A DNA stretch of 36,649 nucleotides from a bacterium (GTDB taxonomy: Bacteria > Patescibacteriota > Minisyncoccia > Phycocordibacterales > GCA-002787175), in assembly GCA_030689285.1 (NCBI GenBank), contig JAUYJM010000007.1:1-36649 (forward strand), read 5' to 3'. Of the stretch, positions 16,419 through 25,811 are shown piece by piece (positions within the stretch are counted from its first letter, which is position 1; each line of letters opens with the position of its first letter). The position numbers and the translations under genes are program-made. The notes under the pieces were generated by a model. The model was not told the DNA's origin. It ran no database searches and saw nothing but the letters and a program-made list of their open reading frames with translations.

Positions 16419-16637
16419 GAAGTGCTTATCCTTTGATATCGGTCTGCACTCCGCTATCGTCACTGTATCTCCGATCTTTTTCGTGTTGCCTGAATCGTGC
16501 GCCTTAAATCTTTTCGTAACGCGCATAAATTTATGGTACTTTGGATGTTTTACAAAACGATTCACTTCTACCACCACGGTATCTTTCATTTTATTAGAAG
16601 CGACCACACCCGAAAGTACTCTGGGCTTTTTTTCCAT
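16401..16637 (-). CDS. rpsQ: 30S ribosomal protein S17 (alternative start 16664)
   Basis: KMKDTVVV, HPKY, AHD, ECRPISK. Confidence 0.97.
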   Translation of the reverse strand: MEKKPRVLSGVVASNKMKDTVVVEVNRFVKHPKYHKFMRVTKRFKAHDSGNTKKIGDTVTIAECRPISKDKHFKVKSS

Positions 16638-16722
16638 ATTTATATTTTTTGTTTTGGAAATCATATATTATTGCAGAAAAACTTTTAACATTGGGCGACT
16701 TGTGGCTTTTAAGAATTACACG

Positions 16723-16911
16723 CTACAAAAGAGGATGTCTGACGCTCAATTCCGTCAAAATTTTCGCTATTTCCTTTCTAAGGTTTTTTCCTTCTTTGAT
16801 ATTCTTCGCCTTGCTTCCGGACATACTGAATCTAAAGTTTTTAAGCGCAAGTCTCTTTTCAGAAAGCGCTTTTAGCAAATCTTTTGGGGTCTTGTTAGAA
16901 ATATCTTTCAT
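16723..16911 (-). CDS. rpmC: 50S ribosomal protein L29
   Basis: LKNFRF, LRKEIAKILT; synteny. Confidence 0.92.
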   Translation of the reverse strand: MKDISNKTPKDLLKALSEKRLALKNFRFSMSGSKAKNIKEGKNLRKEIAKILTELSVRHPLL

Positions 16912-16964
16912 AGTTTCCAGTGGTTGATTAATCTACATTATGTTTCAAACAAACGCAAACGAAA

Positions 16965-17381
16965 CTAGCGGGCTACAATCTTTGTCTTGACCGGAAGCTT
17001 GGTACCCGCTTTTCTTAAGGCCTCCTTTGCCGCGCTTTCCGAAAGACCGTCAATTTCAAATATTATCCTGCCCGGTCTAATCTGAGCGCAGTACCCTTGA
17101 AGGTCTCCTTTACCTTTGCCGAGTTTAACTTCGGCAGGCTTCGCCGTAAAAGGCATATCAGGAAAGACTCTGGTCCACATCTTTCCGGTCTTACCGGCAG
17201 CTCTAGACATTGCTCGTCTCGCCGCTTCAAGCTGGTTGGATTTTACTCTGGCAGCCTGAAGCGCCTTGAGACCAAAAGAACCGAAGCTTACCTCGGTACC
17301 TCTCGTCTCAACCCAAGCCCGCTTTGGATTGCGGCGCTTTGTCTGCCATTTTCTAAATTTTACTTTTTTGGGGAATAACAT
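16965..17381 (-). CDS. rplP: 50S ribosomal protein L16
   Basis: PKKVKFRK, QLEAAR, KPAEVKLGKGKG, KLPVK. Confidence 0.98.
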   Translation of the reverse strand: MLFPKKVKFRKWQTKRRNPKRAWVETRGTEVSFGSFGLKALQAARVKSNQLEAARRAMSRAAGKTGKMWTRVFPDMPFTAKPAEVKLGKGKGDLQGYCAQIRPGRIIFEIDGLSESAAKEALRKAGTKLPVKTKIVAR

Positions 17382-17392
17382 ATGTAAATTTA

Positions 17393-17494
17393 TTCTCTAA
17401 TCAATCCCTAATTTTAGTCCCGAATTTCCCTAATTCAGATTCGTGATTGATTCGGGAGGCGCGTACTCGCGCCTAAATTCGGGACTATTTGGGA
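17393..17494 (-). repeat. Intergenic palindromic repeat, family B copy 2
   Basis: Reverse-complement match to 5980-6080, including the AGGCGCG-AGTA-CGCGCCT hairpin. Confidence 0.9.
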
Positions 17495-17501
17495 TGATTG
17501 G

Positions 17502-18173
17502 TTACTTTCGCTGGTTCTTATCAGCGAAAATCTCTCCTTTATATATCCAAACCTTTATCCCGATATCGCCGTAAGGCATATGGGCCTTCTCTCTGGCAAA
17601 ATCCACATCGGCTCTAAAAGTCTGAAGAGGGATTCTGCCTTTTTTGAGTTCCTCCGTTCTTGCCATTTCAGCCCCGCCTAGTCTTCCTCCAAGATAAACC
17701 TTGACTCCCTGAACATCTCTGTTTGCCATAACTTTCTCAATAGTCTGCTTCATAACCCTTCTGAAAGGAAACCTCTTCTCAATGCCTTCCGCAACCATAT
17801 AGGCAACTATTGAAGCATTTGATTCGGGAGACTTGACTTCCTCAACATCCAGCTTCACATCCCCGGAAATCGGTATTTTTTTGCGGGACAGAAATTTGAG
17901 TACATCCTTTTTTAGGTTTAAAATTCCTTCTCCGCTTTTGCCGATTATAAGGCCGGGTCGTGAAGTTTTTATTATTATTCGGAAAGATTTTCCCCCTCTT
18001 TCCATCTCTACAGAACTTACATAAAGTCCTCGCAAACGCTGTGTGAGGTAGTCCCTAAGAAGCACATCGCATTTCAAAAAATCTCTATACTTTCCTCCCA
18101 TGCCAAACCATCGGGATTTCCAGTCCCTGATGATTCCTAAACGATGCGAATACGGATGGACAATGTGAGTCAT
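17502..18173 (-). CDS. rpsC: 30S ribosomal protein S3
   Basis: RLGIIRDWKSRW, RPGLIIGK, GRLGGAEMAR, GIKVWI. Confidence 0.99.
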   Translation of the reverse strand: MTHIVHPYSHRLGIIRDWKSRWFGMGGKYRDFLKCDVLLRDYLTQRLRGLYVSSVEMERGGKSFRIIIKTSRPGLIIGKSGEGILNLKKDVLKFLSRKKIPISGDVKLDVEEVKSPESNASIVAYMVAEGIEKRFPFRRVMKQTIEKVMANRDVQGVKVYLGGRLGGAEMARTEELKKGRIPLQTFRADVDFAREKAHMPYGDIGIKVWIYKGEIFADKNQRK

Positions 18174-18218
18174 AAAATTAATTTGGGGTTTAAATCTGAA
18201 GGTATAGGGTTAAATTTT

Positions 18219-18563
18219 TTACTTTTTGCCTTTCATTGACACTTTCGCTCCGAGAATGAGCGTAATGATGCTTGTTCTCTTTTTTATGCGGAACATTGAG
18301 CCCCTAGCCCTTGGCATCCCTCTTTTTAAAACGGAACCGCCGTCAACCGTAATCTTTTCAACAAAAAGCCCTTCTGTGGGTATATTTTTTTGCCTTGCGT
18401 TTGCCAAAGCGGAGTCAAGAAGTTTTCTGACCGGTCCTGTCGCGGTTTTGACTGTGTAGGACAAAAGATTTTGAGCTTCCTCAACCTTTTTACCTCGTAT
18501 CATATCCGCCACCAGCCGGACTTTTCGGGGAGATTGTCGGTAGTTGTTTAGAATTGCTTTCAT
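18219..18563 (-). CDS. rplV: 50S ribosomal protein L22
   Basis: RQSPRKVRLVAD, SALANA, PRARG, IKKRTS. Confidence 0.98.
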   Translation of the reverse strand: MKAILNNYRQSPRKVRLVADMIRGKKVEEAQNLLSYTVKTATGPVRKLLDSALANARQKNIPTEGLFVEKITVDGGSVLKRGMPRARGSMFRIKKRTSIITLILGAKVSMKGKK

Positions 18564-18565
18564 GG

Positions 18566-18698
18566 CGTGTACGTGTAGCGTGTAGCGTGCAACGTGTAGC
18601 GTAGAATCTTGTAACGTGTAGCGTCAGAGTATTTCTTTTCCGGCGTTACACGTTACAAGTTACACTTTTTAGATTATGGCGTTACAAGCTACACGTTT
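18566..18698 (-). repeat. Intergenic palindromic heptamer repeat, family C
   Basis: Degenerate tandem CGTGTAG/CGTGTAA units followed by inverted GTTACAC/GTTACAA/GCTACAC units. Confidence 0.85.
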
Positions 18699-18703
18699 TG
18701 TGA

Positions 18704-19045
18704 TTATTTTTTCGCTTCTGTCGCCGATTTGGCCGACTGGGCCGCCGCTATTTCGGCGTCCTTTTTCTGTTGTTCCAACTCCTTCTGCATCTTACCGCCG
18801 TGCCTGACAAACTTTCTAGTCAGTGAGAACTCTCCCAAACGGTGTCCTACCATATCTTCAGTAACCAAAACTTCCGGGAAATCTTTTCCGTTGTGCACCA
18901 AAAATTTAAACCCGACCATTTCAGGCGAAATAACGGAAGCGCGAATCCATACTTTTATAGGCCCGGAGCTTTCCGGTCTTTTGCCCTGGATTTTTTTTAG
19001 AATCCTCGGGTCAACATATGGTCCTTTGGACAGAGAACGTGTCAT
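18704..19045 (-). CDS. rpsS: 30S ribosomal protein S19 with Ala/Lys-rich C-terminal extension
   Basis: MTRSLSKGPYVD, VHNGK, MVGHRLGEFS. Confidence 0.98.
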   Translation of the reverse strand: MTRSLSKGPYVDPRILKKIQGKRPESSGPIKVWIRASVISPEMVGFKFLVHNGKDFPEVLVTEDMVGHRLGEFSLTRKFVRHGGKMQKELEQQKKDAEIAAAQSAKSATEAKK

Positions 19046-19080
19046 AATTTTAAAAACAAGCTCCTGCCGAGCTTTAAATG

Positions 19081-19108
19081 AGTTTACCAGAAGACAAAGG
19101 AAAGTCAA
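19081..19108 (-). promoter_or_regulatory. Promoter for the rpsS-led operon
   Basis: TTGACT-16-TAAACT with TG extension; hairpin AAGCTC-GGCAG-GAGCTT in the short leader. Confidence 0.65.
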
Positions 19109-19197
19109 CTCAAAGCGTTGGCGCAACTTTTTTACACGCGCCTGAGAAACAAGAATCTTGCACATACCATTATTAAAGGGCAAAACAAGCCGTTTTC

Positions 19198-19221
19198 AAT
19201 ACGCCACGCGGGTGGCGTATT
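19198..19221. terminator. Hairpin, possible argS terminator
   Basis: AATACGCCAC-GCGG-GTGGCGTATT perfect 10 bp stem. Confidence 0.5.
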
Positions 19222-19341
19222 AATCTGGTTTAAAATGACCCAATATGCCCATTACACCACATTTTTCCCAAAATTTCTGGAGGTTGGACACCTAAATTCA
19301 GAGGAGAAGCGTCTCTTTCGGGAAAGCTATCCGAGCGCCCC

Positions 19342-21078
19342 TTACATCTTCTCTGGCGTCTTAATACCGAGAAGCCAAAGCCCGTTTTTCATTACTTGAG
19401 CGAAAGCATATGTCAAAGCAATTTTGTAAGGAGAAGACGGGTCGCCCTTGTCCACTATTTTTTCTTTGGCGTACCAAGAGTTAAACTGGCCCGCAATCTC
19501 TGTCAAATAGGTTACGATATGGTGTGGCGCGTATTCACTGGCCGCTCTTTCCACAATTTCCGGAAATCTGATAATCAGTCTTTCCAAAGAATTGGGCTCA
19601 TTTCTTTTTTCCGGAAATTGGAAATTGGAAATTGGAAATTGGAAATTTTCTGCTCTGGCCTTCGCCAGAACAGAACTCGCTCTTGTGTGCGAATACTGCA
19701 AATACGGTCCAGAGTCGCCTTCAAAAGAAACCGATTTTTCAAGCTCAAAAACAATATCTCCCCCTATGGCTTGCCGTAGTATGGAATACTTTATTGCTCC
19801 GACCGCTATAATTTCAGCTGTTTCTTCCCTTTTTTCTTCCGAAAAATCTCGTTCTTTCATTTTTTCTTTAACCAGATTCTTAACTTGCTTCAAAAGCGCC
19901 TCGCCTGTTATGACATTTCCTTTTCGCGAAGACATCTTGCCTTCGGCAAAACGCATCATTCCATGACTTATATGCTCGGTTTTATGGCCAATTTTCTCAT
20001 CTACTTCGCTCAAAGCGGAGAGCACAACCTTAAAATAATCGTCCTGTTCGCTTGCGGTTACAATTATAGACCTTTCAAGGTCTTCGTGACGTTTAAATTT
20101 TTCCGTATTTAAACCCATCTCTTTGGCTTCGTATGTCGGCAACCCTTTTGAAGTCACGAATACTCTTTTATGCAGTCCTCTTTTCTCACCATCAAATATG
20201 ACGGCTCCTTCGCTTTCTTCAAATACGCCTTTTTTCAAAAACTCCAGCGTTATTTCCTTTCCTCTGCCCGCCACTTCACTTTCAAAAATGTATTCGTCAA
20301 ATTTTGTACCCAAAACGGCGTAAAGTTCTTCAAAATGTTCCAGGCTCCACGTTCGGCCTTTTTCATATATTTTATTCGCTTCCGCGTCTGACTTTTCATA
20401 AAGAATTTTGTTTAGCTCGTCTATTTCGGCTTTATTCTCCTTGGAATTCTCATAAGCGCTGGAGCCGAACACGTACGCTTCGCCCAAAAAAGCGGTCTTT
20501 TCCGACAACGAGTCGCTGTCTTTCGGTACGCTACCAAGTTTATTTTTGTATCCCCAAACAGCTTTTGCGATATGAAGTCCCGTGTCACTCGGGTAGCACA
20601 TTCTCACGACCTTCGCTCCGGAAAACTCGGTCAAACGGGAGATGGATTCTCCTATGGCATTACTCATCAAATGCCCGATATGAAACGGCTTGAAAATATT
20701 GGGGTCGGTGTATTCCACCATCACTTTTTCATCCAAAAGATGTTCACTTTTTCCAAACCTTTCTTTTTTCTCCAAAATATCTGTTACGCCAAGGGCAAAA
20801 ACTTTTGGTTTTAGATGGAAGTTTATAAACCCCGCTCCCGCCACCTCTGCTTTTTCCACTTCTTCCAACTGATTTTCCGTAACGCTCCTTACCAAATCAA
20901 TCGCGAGCTCCCGCGGACTTTTGCCGACTTTCTTTGCGTAAACAAGCGCCGCGTTTGTGGCAAAGTCCCCATGCGCCAAATCGGCTGAATGCTTTAATTC
21001 AACTTTTGCGGTTTTGACCCCCTCCTTTTTTAGGCCGTCTTCCACCGTTTTTTTTATTTTTTCCTTTATTTCTATCAT
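19342..21078 (-). CDS. argS: Arginine--tRNA ligase
   Basis: HGDFATN, AGAGFINF, HIGH, KMSSRKG, GPYLQYSHTR, PEKM. Confidence 0.98.
   Translation of the reverse strand: MIEIKEKIKKTVEDGLKKEGVKTAKVELKHSADLAHGDFATNAALVYAKKVGKSPRELAIDLVRSVTENQLEEVEKAEVAGAGFINFHLKPKVFALGVTDILEKKERFGKSEHLLDEKVMVEYTDPNIFKPFHIGHLMSNAIGESISRLTEFSGAKVVRMCYPSDTGLHIAKAVWGYKNKLGSVPKDSDSLSEKTAFLGEAYVFGSSAYENSKENKAEIDELNKILYEKSDAEANKIYEKGRTWSLEHFEELYAVLGTKFDEYIFESEVAGRGKEITLEFLKKGVFEESEGAVIFDGEKRGLHKRVFVTSKGLPTYEAKEMGLNTEKFKRHEDLERSIIVTASEQDDYFKVVLSALSEVDEKIGHKTEHISHGMMRFAEGKMSSRKGNVITGEALLKQVKNLVKEKMKERDFSEEKREETAEIIAVGAIKYSILRQAIGGDIVFELEKSVSFEGDSGPYLQYSHTRASSVLAKARAENFQFPISNFQFPEKRNEPNSLERLIIRFPEIVERAASEYAPHHIVTYLTEIAGQFNSWYAKEKIVDKGDPSSPYKIALTYAFAQVMKNGLWLLGIKTPEKM
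19613..19647. repeat. Five perfect tandem GGAAATT heptamers inside argS
   Basis: (GGAAATT)x5; encodes NFQFPISNFQFP on the minus strand. Confidence 0.95.
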
Positions 21079-21096
21079 TCTTAAATTTGTCCTTTA

Positions 21097-22887
21097 TCAC
21101 ACATTCCCCAGTTTTGACATTTTGTGAAAATATGAATTCGGATTTCCCAAAAGCTCCTGCGGATTGCCGGACTCCACTATCTTACCTTTATCTAAAACAT
21201 GTATGATGTCGGCATCGACTACGGTGGAGAGTCTGTGAGCTATCACAATTATAGTCATTTCCCCTTTTAAGCCGTTCAGAGTTTCTTTTACAAGACTTTC
21301 CGACTGGTTATCAAGCGCGCTTGTAGCTTCGTCAAGCACCAAAATTTCCGGATCTCTTGCCAAAGCTCGAGCGAGGGCTATTCGCTGTCTTTCACCTCCC
21401 GAATGCCTTGCCCCTCTCTCTTCAACGGATGTATCAAACTTTTGGGGCAACTTCATAATAAACTCGTAGATATTAGCTTGTTTGGCGGCATCAGCGGCTT
21501 TTTCAAAAGTGATTGATGAATCGTAAAAGCGAATGTTTTCAAGAATAGAGTCGTTTTTGAGAAATACGTCCTGCGCCACATATACCGTCTTTTTTCTCCA
21601 CTCTTTTATGTTTATTTCCGAAACGTCCCTGCCGTCAACGGTTATCCTTCCGGCTGAAGGCGAAATAAAACGAAGAAGCATATCCGCCAAAGTGGTTTTG
21701 CCGGAACCGGAAGGTCCTATTATCGCCACGGTCTGCCCTTTTTTTACTGAAAAAGCAATGTCGTTTACAACGTTTTCGCCGCCGTACTTAAACGACACGT
21801 CTTCAAATCTTATCTGTTCTTTGAAACTCATAGGCATACTTCCGTTTTGTATGTCCGCGTTTTTTGACACGGTTTCAAACATTTTTTCCACCGATTGGGC
21901 GTGAGGCAGAGAACCGCTCAAGATATTTTTTGAATTTTGGATTTTTTCAATTCTTATAAACATCTGTTGAATCAAGTAAATTATCGGGATGAAAGCGGTT
22001 ATGTTGAATGTTAAAAATTTATAAGACACGGCAAAAACCGCTAAAATGAAAATCAGACTCATCGGCTCAATGGATACCTTCACAAGAGTCTTGATGTCTT
22101 GTTTTCTTATTTCCGCCCGCTCGTATTTTCTGAAAAATGACACGAGACTTTCAAGCACCGTCTTTTCCGCGCTAAAGGCCTTTACCGACTTGATACCGTA
22201 AAGCGCTTCGCTTATGCCGTGTGCCGCGTCTTTCGTCGCGGAAGCCAAAGTTCGGGCGGATTCTCGGATTTTCCTATCAAAAGGTTTAAAAATAAAGAGA
22301 ACAACTATGCCGACCAAAAGCGAAAGAGCGGTGATTTTCGGAGAGAGAAAAAATGCCACAGCAGCGTATGTGACAAGGGTTGAAACGCTCAGAAATGCAA
22401 CCATGGTAGTGTCCAGTATTTTCGCGCTATGCTCAATATCGGCCATCACCATATAGTCCAAATGTCCGAGCTTTTGCTTTCTCAAAAAAGAAAAGGAGCT
22501 CCCGAACAGGCGTTCGCACATTTTTTTTCTGATTGAGACTTTATAGTCGCCCACTACGCGCACCCTTATCCTGCCGAAAATAAAAAGGAGTACGGCTTTT
22601 AAGACAAAAAGCAGAAATACGATTAAAAGAAGTTTTTGAAAACCGAACGATATGCCCATGATTTCCGACATCTTATGCAGGGCGCTTACGACAGAGTTGT
22701 CCGCTAAAGTATTCGGATTTACAAGAGACATAAAAAGCGGCACAAGCAAAGTGATGCCTATACCCTCCGCGAGACCTGAAAGCATACCTAGAGCGGATAA
22801 CGAAACCAGCTTTACCCTATAGCCGGTATAAAGGGTGTTAAAAAGCCGCCCTACCTTCCAAAAAAGTTTAAACGGGTTTTTTATCAC
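21097..22887 (-). CDS. ABC exporter, fused permease-ATPase (MsbA/PglK-like)
   Basis: N-terminal TM helices, GPSGSGKTT, SGGERQR, LVLDEATSALD, IAHRLST. Confidence 0.93.
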   Translation of the reverse strand: MIKNPFKLFWKVGRLFNTLYTGYRVKLVSLSALGMLSGLAEGIGITLLVPLFMSLVNPNTLADNSVVSALHKMSEIMGISFGFQKLLLIVFLLFVLKAVLLFIFGRIRVRVVGDYKVSIRKKMCERLFGSSFSFLRKQKLGHLDYMVMADIEHSAKILDTTMVAFLSVSTLVTYAAVAFFLSPKITALSLLVGIVVLFIFKPFDRKIRESARTLASATKDAAHGISEALYGIKSVKAFSAEKTVLESLVSFFRKYERAEIRKQDIKTLVKVSIEPMSLIFILAVFAVSYKFLTFNITAFIPIIYLIQQMFIRIEKIQNSKNILSGSLPHAQSVEKMFETVSKNADIQNGSMPMSFKEQIRFEDVSFKYGGENVVNDIAFSVKKGQTVAIIGPSGSGKTTLADMLLRFISPSAGRITVDGRDVSEINIKEWRKKTVYVAQDVFLKNDSILENIRFYDSSITFEKAADAAKQANIYEFIMKLPQKFDTSVEERGARHSGGERQRIALARALARDPEILVLDEATSALDNQSESLVKETLNGLKGEMTIIVIAHRLSTVVDADIIHVLDKGKIVESGNPQELLGNPNSYFHKMSKLGNV

Positions 22888-23036
22888 GGTTGGAAGTAAT
22901 ATACATTTTTTTCGCGCGCCTGTATATGGGTAAAGAAATCAGCCGCGACTACAGACTTGAAAACGCATACGCGTATCCGCGGTCAGCTTAGCTGGCGCGC
23001 GATTTCTCCACAAGAAAGATAATGTATAATAAAGCC

Positions 23037-23396
23037 ATGCACTATATTTTCATTGTCTTAACCGCCTCCCTCAACACCGCGGCGAATTTTTTTCTAAAAA
23101 CCTCCTCCGGCAAATCTTTTGCGTTGAAAGACTCTTCTATTCTTTCCTTAATTCAAAATCATTACACCGTGATTTTGGGATTTTTCCTATACGCCGCTTC
23201 CGCGATTTCATATATCCTTTTACTTCGGCTCTTGCCGCTTTCGGTGGCTTACCCCGCGGTGGTAGTAACCACGCTTATAGCAATCAATGCCGTAAGCCAA
23301 ATTTATCTCAAAGAGACCGTGAACGCGCCGCAAACAATAGGATACTTATGTCTCATTGTCGGCATAACGTTAATTTTTTATTTCAAACCCGCCTAG
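23037..23396 (+). CDS. SMR/EamA-type small membrane protein (ArnE/ArnF-like)
   Basis: Four hydrophobic helices, LPLSVAYP motif; TATAAT 6 nt before ATG 23037. Confidence 0.8.
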   Translation: MHYIFIVLTASLNTAANFFLKTSSGKSFALKDSSILSLIQNHYTVILGFFLYAASAISYILLLRLLPLSVAYPAVVVTTLIAINAVSQIYLKETVNAPQTIGYLCLIVGITLIFYFKPA

Positions 23397-24731
23397 AGAG
23401 TTTGAAAACTCCAATCTTTTTGCCGCGAGCTTTGCCACAACGTTTCCTTCTCTCACCGCGTAATTTGTACCTCTGTCTTCGGGGAAAATTTGAGTGAAAT
23501 TTGAAATGTAAACTCCGGGTATCGGTGTTTCATATGGCAGAATTTTTTCTTCGTATTTGGTGTCCACTATATGCTGTGCATTCTTGAATCGGGAAAAGAT
23601 TTTTTCAACAACATTGTTTTGGTCAAATTGCGGAAAAAGTTTCTCCAGATACGCAAACCATTCTTTCCAAACGTCTTCTTCGGACAACTTCATAAGACGG
23701 TGCGCTTCCGGCACGTAAGCGGCCATATAGTAAACACAGACTCCGCCGTAGTCTTCTTTCGGCACCAGTTTTGTGTGATTTATAAATACCAAAAACGGCG
23801 CTTCCGTGTCGTTTACACTGTGCCAGTAATGTTCTCCTATATCTTGTGTTGAAGAAAAAATCGCGCAAACCGCGGAAAGATAGGGCACGGAGGAAAGTTT
23901 GGTCCTATAAGAAGCGGAAATGTTGACGGAGTCTTGGGTAAGAAAATTGAAAGCGGGAGAAGGGATGGCGGCAATAATCGCGTCAAAATCCTGCCTATCA
24001 TCCCCTACAACCAAGTAAGGCATAGAAAAATTCGCGTCAATTTTTTTGATGTTCGCTTCGGTAACTATTTTTACCCCGTTTTCTCGGAGTTTGCCGCAAA
24101 GAGCGTCAGAGACAACCGCAAAACCGCCTTTAGGATAGACGAGGACTTCTCCCGAAATCCCCTTTGCTCTGGAACGGGCTCGAATGTGTATTCTAGCCCA
24201 AAGCCATGCCATAGAAATAGACGCGTAAAAATTATGAAATTTGGCCTGAAGAAGCGGCCGCCATAAAACTTCCGTCACTTGTCTGCCGGAAAAACGCTCC
24301 ATCCACCTAAGCGCGGCCACTTTTGATAGCGGCCTCCAGTTTTTCTCAAATCGCAGATACATAACTACAAAACCCGCTCGCAACCGACTAAAGAAAGACA
24401 AGGGCTTGTATCTTAAAAGGTCAAGCGCGCCTGTAAAAGGGTAAACTTTTCCGCCAGTGCAAAGGGCGGTAGAGCTTTTTCTGTATTTTAATATATCCGC
24501 GAGACGAAGCTCTTCCACAAGAGACAGTATGTCTGTGTCGGTGGTAAACCAATGGTGGTAAGCGCGTTCAATATTACAGCCGTTTATCTTCGTACCGGAG
24601 GCCAGCCCTCCCAAGGTCTTGCCTTTTTCAAAAAGAGTAACGTCGTAGGACATTTGAGAAAGACGATAAGCGGCCACAAGTCCGGTAAATCCGGCTCCGA
24701 TGACGGCAACTTGTTTGGCATTTTTTCTCAT
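23370..24731 (-). CDS. FAD-dependent oxidoreductase (amine oxidase/HemY-like, glycan-locus type)
   Basis: VIGAGFTGLVAA, FEK...LGGLA, ERAYHH, PEDRGTNYAV. Confidence 0.88.
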   Translation of the reverse strand: MRKNAKQVAVIGAGFTGLVAAYRLSQMSYDVTLFEKGKTLGGLASGTKINGCNIERAYHHWFTTDTDILSLVEELRLADILKYRKSSTALCTGGKVYPFTGALDLLRYKPLSFFSRLRAGFVVMYLRFEKNWRPLSKVAALRWMERFSGRQVTEVLWRPLLQAKFHNFYASISMAWLWARIHIRARSRAKGISGEVLVYPKGGFAVVSDALCGKLRENGVKIVTEANIKKIDANFSMPYLVVGDDRQDFDAIIAAIPSPAFNFLTQDSVNISASYRTKLSSVPYLSAVCAIFSSTQDIGEHYWHSVNDTEAPFLVFINHTKLVPKEDYGGVCVYYMAAYVPEAHRLMKLSEEDVWKEWFAYLEKLFPQFDQNNVVEKIFSRFKNAQHIVDTKYEEKILPYETPIPGVYISNFTQIFPEDRGTNYAVREGNVVAKLAAKRLEFSNSLGGFEIKN

Positions 24732-24758
24732 ATCCGATTGGCAAATTTTAGCGCAATA

Positions 24759-25727
24759 TCACGATAAGTTTTTTCTATATATCTTGGATATTATATATAA
24801 AGGCCTTTTTTTCACCTCTGAAAAAATTCTGCCTACATAGCTTCCTATAATACCGATAGAAAGTATCTGCACGCCTCCGATAAAAAATACGCTTATGATA
24901 AGAAGCGTCCAACCCGAAACGGTAATCTCCGGAAAGAAAAACTTCATAAAAAGCGCGTAAAAAATCCCCAGAATACTCAATCCCGCCACCACTGCTCCAA
25001 GCCAAGATACGAGACGCAAAGGAACTACGGAAAAACTGGTTATGGCGTCTATGCTGAATTTAACCATCTTTTTCAATGGATATTTTGTTTCGCCAGACTT
25101 TCTTTCGTTTCTGTCAAAAAGAACTCCTGTTTGGTTAAATCCGGCGTATGACGTAAGTCCGCGCAAAAATCTGTTTGTTTCTTTTATTTCAGACAGCGCG
25201 TTTAAAACTTTTCTGTCCATAAGTCTGAAGTCCCCAGTGTCTGTCGGTATCGGCACCTCGGAAAGAGCGTTTAGAATTCTGTAAAAAGCGAAAGCGGTAA
25301 ATCTTTTAAAGACGCTGTCTTTTCGGCTTCTTCTTTTGGCGTACACCACGTCAAAACCGTCCTCCCATTTTTTCACAAGCAGAAGAGCGACTTCGGGCGG
25401 GTCCTGAAGGTCCGTATCCATTATTATAGCCGCGTCCCCGGAAGAGTGGTTAAGACCCGCCGTAGTCGCCGCTTGATGACCGAAATTTCTGGAAAAATCC
25501 ACCACAAAAACTCTGCCATCTTTTTCTGACAAACCCTTAAGAAGGTGAATGGAATTGTCGCGACTACCGTCATTTACAAAAATAAACTCACTGTCGTATT
25601 TCGGCAAAAGCGACGCGGACACTTTAAGCAACTCTTCAAAAAGGGCTTTTATGTTCCCTTCTTCGTTATAAACAGGCAAAACAAAAGAAATTTTCCTCTT
25701 AGCAGATGCTTTGGGAGAGAAACTCAT
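24759..25727 (-). CDS. GT2 polyprenol-phosphate glycosyltransferase (GtrB/ArnC-like)
   Basis: PVYNEE, VNDGSRD, SRNFGHQAA, MDTDLQDPP, TGDFRLMDR, two C-terminal TM helices, RPLYI. Confidence 0.93.
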   Translation of the reverse strand: MSFSPKASAKRKISFVLPVYNEEGNIKALFEELLKVSASLLPKYDSEFIFVNDGSRDNSIHLLKGLSEKDGRVFVVDFSRNFGHQAATTAGLNHSSGDAAIIMDTDLQDPPEVALLLVKKWEDGFDVVYAKRRSRKDSVFKRFTAFAFYRILNALSEVPIPTDTGDFRLMDRKVLNALSEIKETNRFLRGLTSYAGFNQTGVLFDRNERKSGETKYPLKKMVKFSIDAITSFSVVPLRLVSWLGAVVAGLSILGIFYALFMKFFFPEITVSGWTLLIISVFFIGGVQILSIGIIGSYVGRIFSEVKKRPLYIISKIYRKNLS

Positions 25728-25734
25728 CGTATAA

Positions 25735-25763
25735 AGAGTATCACGCGCCAATGTCAGTTTCAA
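25735..25763 (-). promoter_or_regulatory. Promoter giving a probable leaderless mRNA for the GtrB-like gene
   Basis: TTGAAA-17-TACTCT (TG extended)-7 nt-ATG. Confidence 0.5.
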
Positions 25764-25811
25764 GCCGCTTGTTGAGAGCTCCGCCAGAATTATGAAAAAA
25801 TTATAGAAAAA

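Noticed and set aside
13584..18698. CRISPR interpretation of the intergenic repeats
   Set aside because: No constant repeat-spacer periodicity, units are 7-9 nt and degenerate, and there are no cas genes
19046..19183. N-terminal extensions in the ORF track (rpsS, also hddA, rpmI, rpsN, Gfo/Idh/MocA)
   Set aside because: They run through promoters or neighbouring genes; downstream ATGs match the family N-termini
22933..23008. AGAAATC...GATTTCT inverted pair in the ABC/SMR divergent gap
   Set aside because: Short match with weak internal pairing and no second copy in the window
23370..24731. Protoporphyrinogen oxidase (heme synthesis) call
   Set aside because: No heme genes nearby; the context is a glycan locus, so only the fold-level call is kept
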